Assembly: GCA_016211245.1 (NCBI GenBank)
Contig: JACQSQ010000055.1
Span: 1-49,106 of the forward strand
Reading direction: 5' to 3'
DNA length: 49,106 nucleotides
Source: Candidatus Woesearchaeota archaeon
Lineage (GTDB): Archaea; Nanobdellota; Nanobdellia; Woesearchaeales; GW2011-AR4
The position numbers were made by a program, and so were the translations under genes. Of the stretch, positions 46,914 through 49,106 are shown piece after piece. The notes under the pieces are model-generated. The model was given only the letters and a program-made list of their open reading frames with translations. It was not told the DNA's origin and searched no databases. Numbering within the stretch: position 1 is the stretch's first letter; every line of letters begins with the position of its first letter.

Positions 46914-47286
46914 AGACAACACCGCCTGTTTTGTTGATTATGTTAGTGCTTTTTGTCACATTTCCAACAGAAACTGGAATTGAAGCTATGTAAATGCTGT
47001 TCTTTGATTTCACTGTGATAGTCGAATTTAAAGTGGTGATGGAGTAATTTATACTATCTATCTTATCAGGCAGCTCAAAAATCCGAACATAACCATCTTC
47101 GACAGAAGCTGCAAGCAGCAATTCCTTCTGCACTTTCAATGCCATATCCTTGACTGCTTCATTTTCTTTTCGGAGCCTGAAGTCGTCCAGCTGGTCCAAG
47201 GATGCTAAAGCAAAGGCTATCGCTATCAAAAATGCCAATCCTATAAATATGAAAAATTCAGAGCTTATCTGGGCCCTAGAATGCAT
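46903..47286 (-). CDS. Minor pilin (class III signal peptide)
   Basis: RA-QISSEFFIFIGL; GAGGTG SD. Confidence 0.82.
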   Translation of the reverse strand: MHSRAQISSEFFIFIGLAFLIAIAFALASLDQLDDFRLRKENEAVKDMALKVQKELLLAASVEDGYVRIFELPDKIDSINYSITTLNSTITVKSKNSIYIASIPVSVGNVTKSTNIINKTGGVVYVN

Positions 47287-47397
47287 ATTTCACCTCTTTT
47301 TATGATGTTTTATTGAATTTATTTTTTAAATCATGCGACCCATAAAACAATATTAAATTATAATTTTTAAAAATTTCGCGACCCTTGTTCTCTCATG

Positions 47398-47584
47398 ACA
47401 GTAATGGGTGCCCCGCTATTAACTGTTTTTGCTTTCTGCTAAGATAGATAGCACGACATTAGTATTAGGGTTACCTAAATCAGTTTGCAACGCATAGGTA
47501 AATGCATGCGAGGAAAGCTGGTAAATGGTGAGCGAGGTTACTCGCGAACCTCGCATATCACTACTCACTTTCCATATCTCGCAT
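47398..47584. other. Multi-hairpin structured intergenic region (candidate leader/ncRNA)
   Basis: Four consecutive inverted repeats, the largest at 47506-47584. Confidence 0.45.
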
Positions 47585-47653
47585 TTTTCAATTTTTATTC
47601 GTTATTGAATTTTATATATTGTCTATCTTATTGACTAAAAGAGTTTATTGTGT

Positions 47654-48064
47654 TTAATTTGATGTTATTTGGACATAGCCGTCCTCAGCCTTAACAGTCA
47701 GTATATGTATTCCAGGGCTTTTTGGCAGGGTGCCGCTCATGTTTACTGAGGAAACCTGCACGATATCTGTTATTCCGGCCTGGGTTTTTATTTTGAATAC
47801 GGCTTCTTTGCCGGTTAAATTGGTCGAATGTATGCCATCAGGGAAGTTCAGCTTCAAAGTGGTTTGTGACGGCTTTCCAAGGTAGTACACAGATTCGGAT
47901 GTGTCCACTATTTTTCTTGCAATCTGCAAGGCCTGTGTTGTCGAGACAGTATCAGACGAGTCAGCGGAGTAAGTGTAATAAATCACCAGCAGCGGGATTG
48001 TTATAAGGGCTGCGAAGCCCATCACAAGCATATACTCCACGCTCACCTGTGATTTTAGCGGCAT
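47654..48064 (-). CDS. Minor pilin (class III signal peptide)
   Basis: KS-QVSVEYMLVMGF; start moved to the ATG at 48064. Confidence 0.82.
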   Translation of the reverse strand: MPLKSQVSVEYMLVMGFAALITIPLLVIYYTYSADSSDTVSTTQALQIARKIVDTSESVYYLGKPSQTTLKLNFPDGIHSTNLTGKEAVFKIKTQAGITDIVQVSSVNMSGTLPKSPGIHILTVKAEDGYVQITSN

Positions 48065-48065
48065 T

Positions 48066-48494
48066 TTATTTCCTATTTTGCCTTGATTTTTTTTGTTTTT
48101 TAGCAAGAGCTGCTTCAGCATTTTCACTTGGCTTTTGCGCTTTTTCAGTAACCAGCTTCCCTATTCTCCTGCCCTGCTCCTTAAATCCAAATTCCTCGCT
48201 TATTTTTTGGGTTCTGAAAGAAGTGATTATGAAGGCTATATATGCAAAAATGATAAAGATGTATTCTGGATAGGTCAAATAAGTCGCGTGATTTAACTCC
48301 AAGCCGGACTCATATATGTTTCTTACGGTCTGCCATATAGAGAATGTGACTATAAATGCAAGGCAAATGGCAAAATTGTCCATAAATCTTCTGATAGAGC
48401 CCTCGCTTAGTTTTTTTCTTGCCCTTGAGATTAAAATCAAGGAAGCAATCCCAAATATCACTGTTGTTATGCCGACCGCAGCTATGTGCACCAT
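48066..48494 (-). CDS. Small three-TM membrane protein
   Basis: Three hydrophobic segments, EFGF motif and basic tail. Confidence 0.65.
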   Translation of the reverse strand: MVHIAAVGITTVIFGIASLILISRARKKLSEGSIRRFMDNFAICLAFIVTFSIWQTVRNIYESGLELNHATYLTYPEYIFIIFAYIAFIITSFRTQKISEEFGFKEQGRRIGKLVTEKAQKPSENAEAALAKKQKKSRQNRK

Positions 48495-48496
48495 TG

Positions 48497-49069
48497 TTAC
48501 GCACCTCCAAAGTCTACTCTTGAATCGGCAAATTGAGTCAGTTCATCAAGCAAAGCCTGCTCTGTTTCCTTTTCAAGAGTCATGATTATGCCTTTTATTT
48601 TCCATTCCCTTATCTTGCCAGCAAGAAAGTGTATAAACCTTGCTACCGTTGCAGGCTTGTTGAATATTGACAGGGTGTTCAAAGAATCAAATATCAGGAA
48701 TTTTTCAGCTGTTGGCAATGCCTTTACAGCCTGGTCCATTGCAACAGAGATATCACTAAGCTTCTCCGGGCTTCCTATGTAAAGGCAGTTTTCCATTTTT
48801 TTAATGTGCTCTGTCCTTGAAGTTGCGTCTATGAAAATGATAAGCCTTGGGTCTATATTGTTGCTTGCGAGATTCCTCTGCATAACTTCATAAGGCTTGT
48901 TCAGGGTTACATAAACGCCAGGATTATTCTGCTCGCTTATCAGAAACCTCAAGACATCAATAGCTGCATTTTGATAATTCTTGGCATCAACTGTAATAAG
49001 AAGAAGATAATCTTTTAATCCGCTCACCTCTTTTCTAAAGCTTTCTTGAACTGCCAGCATCAACACCAC
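48497..49069 (-). CDS. KaiC/RecA-like fold protein lacking Walker A
   Basis: GVYVTLNKP, IFIDA, FLIFDSLNTL, FAD motifs; no GxxGxGK. Confidence 0.7.
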   Translation of the reverse strand: MVLMLAVQESFRKEVSGLKDYLLLITVDAKNYQNAAIDVLRFLISEQNNPGVYVTLNKPYEVMQRNLASNNIDPRLIIFIDATSRTEHIKKMENCLYIGSPEKLSDISVAMDQAVKALPTAEKFLIFDSLNTLSIFNKPATVARFIHFLAGKIREWKIKGIIMTLEKETEQALLDELTQFADSRVDFGGA

Positions 49070-49106
49070 TTTTTTATTAAAGAAATCTATAGCTATGAAT
49101 ATAAAC

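Noticed and set aside
47508..47522. GAGGAAAG resembling the RNase P RNA 5' conserved region
   Set aside because: No matching 3' P4 strand or room for the rest of the RNA; the motif is explained by local hairpin pairing.

Overview
Archaeal chromosomal segment, most consistent with a DPANN lineage such as Woesearchaeota. This is inferred from the AglB/STT3 genes, BRE-TATA promoters, GAGGTG Shine-Dalgarno sites, a PGF-pre-PGF surface protein, QxxxE class III pilins and a BHB-intron tRNA. (1) 1-23.3 kb is a glycosylation island: heptose genes (gmhB, hldA-like kinase, GT9), a divergent RHH-pseudo-nucleotidyltransferase with a PIN/RHH pair, GT2 plus DUF2304, two tandem AglB oligosaccharyltransferases, and a 7-gene sugar operon headed by a GtrA/GT-C/phosphoribulokinase-like triple fusion. 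(2) 23.3-35 kb holds a geranylgeranyl reductase, two surface proteins, a methyltransferase, a tRNA-Trp(CCA) gene split by THREE introns (not visible in the ORF track) and a frameshifted squalene/phytoene-synthase pseudogene. (3) 35-49 kb is a type IV pilus locus (ATPase, two platform proteins, seven class III signal-peptide proteins including a vWA adhesin) containing two structured intergenic regions. All calls come from reading motifs by eye; no searches or folding programs were run.
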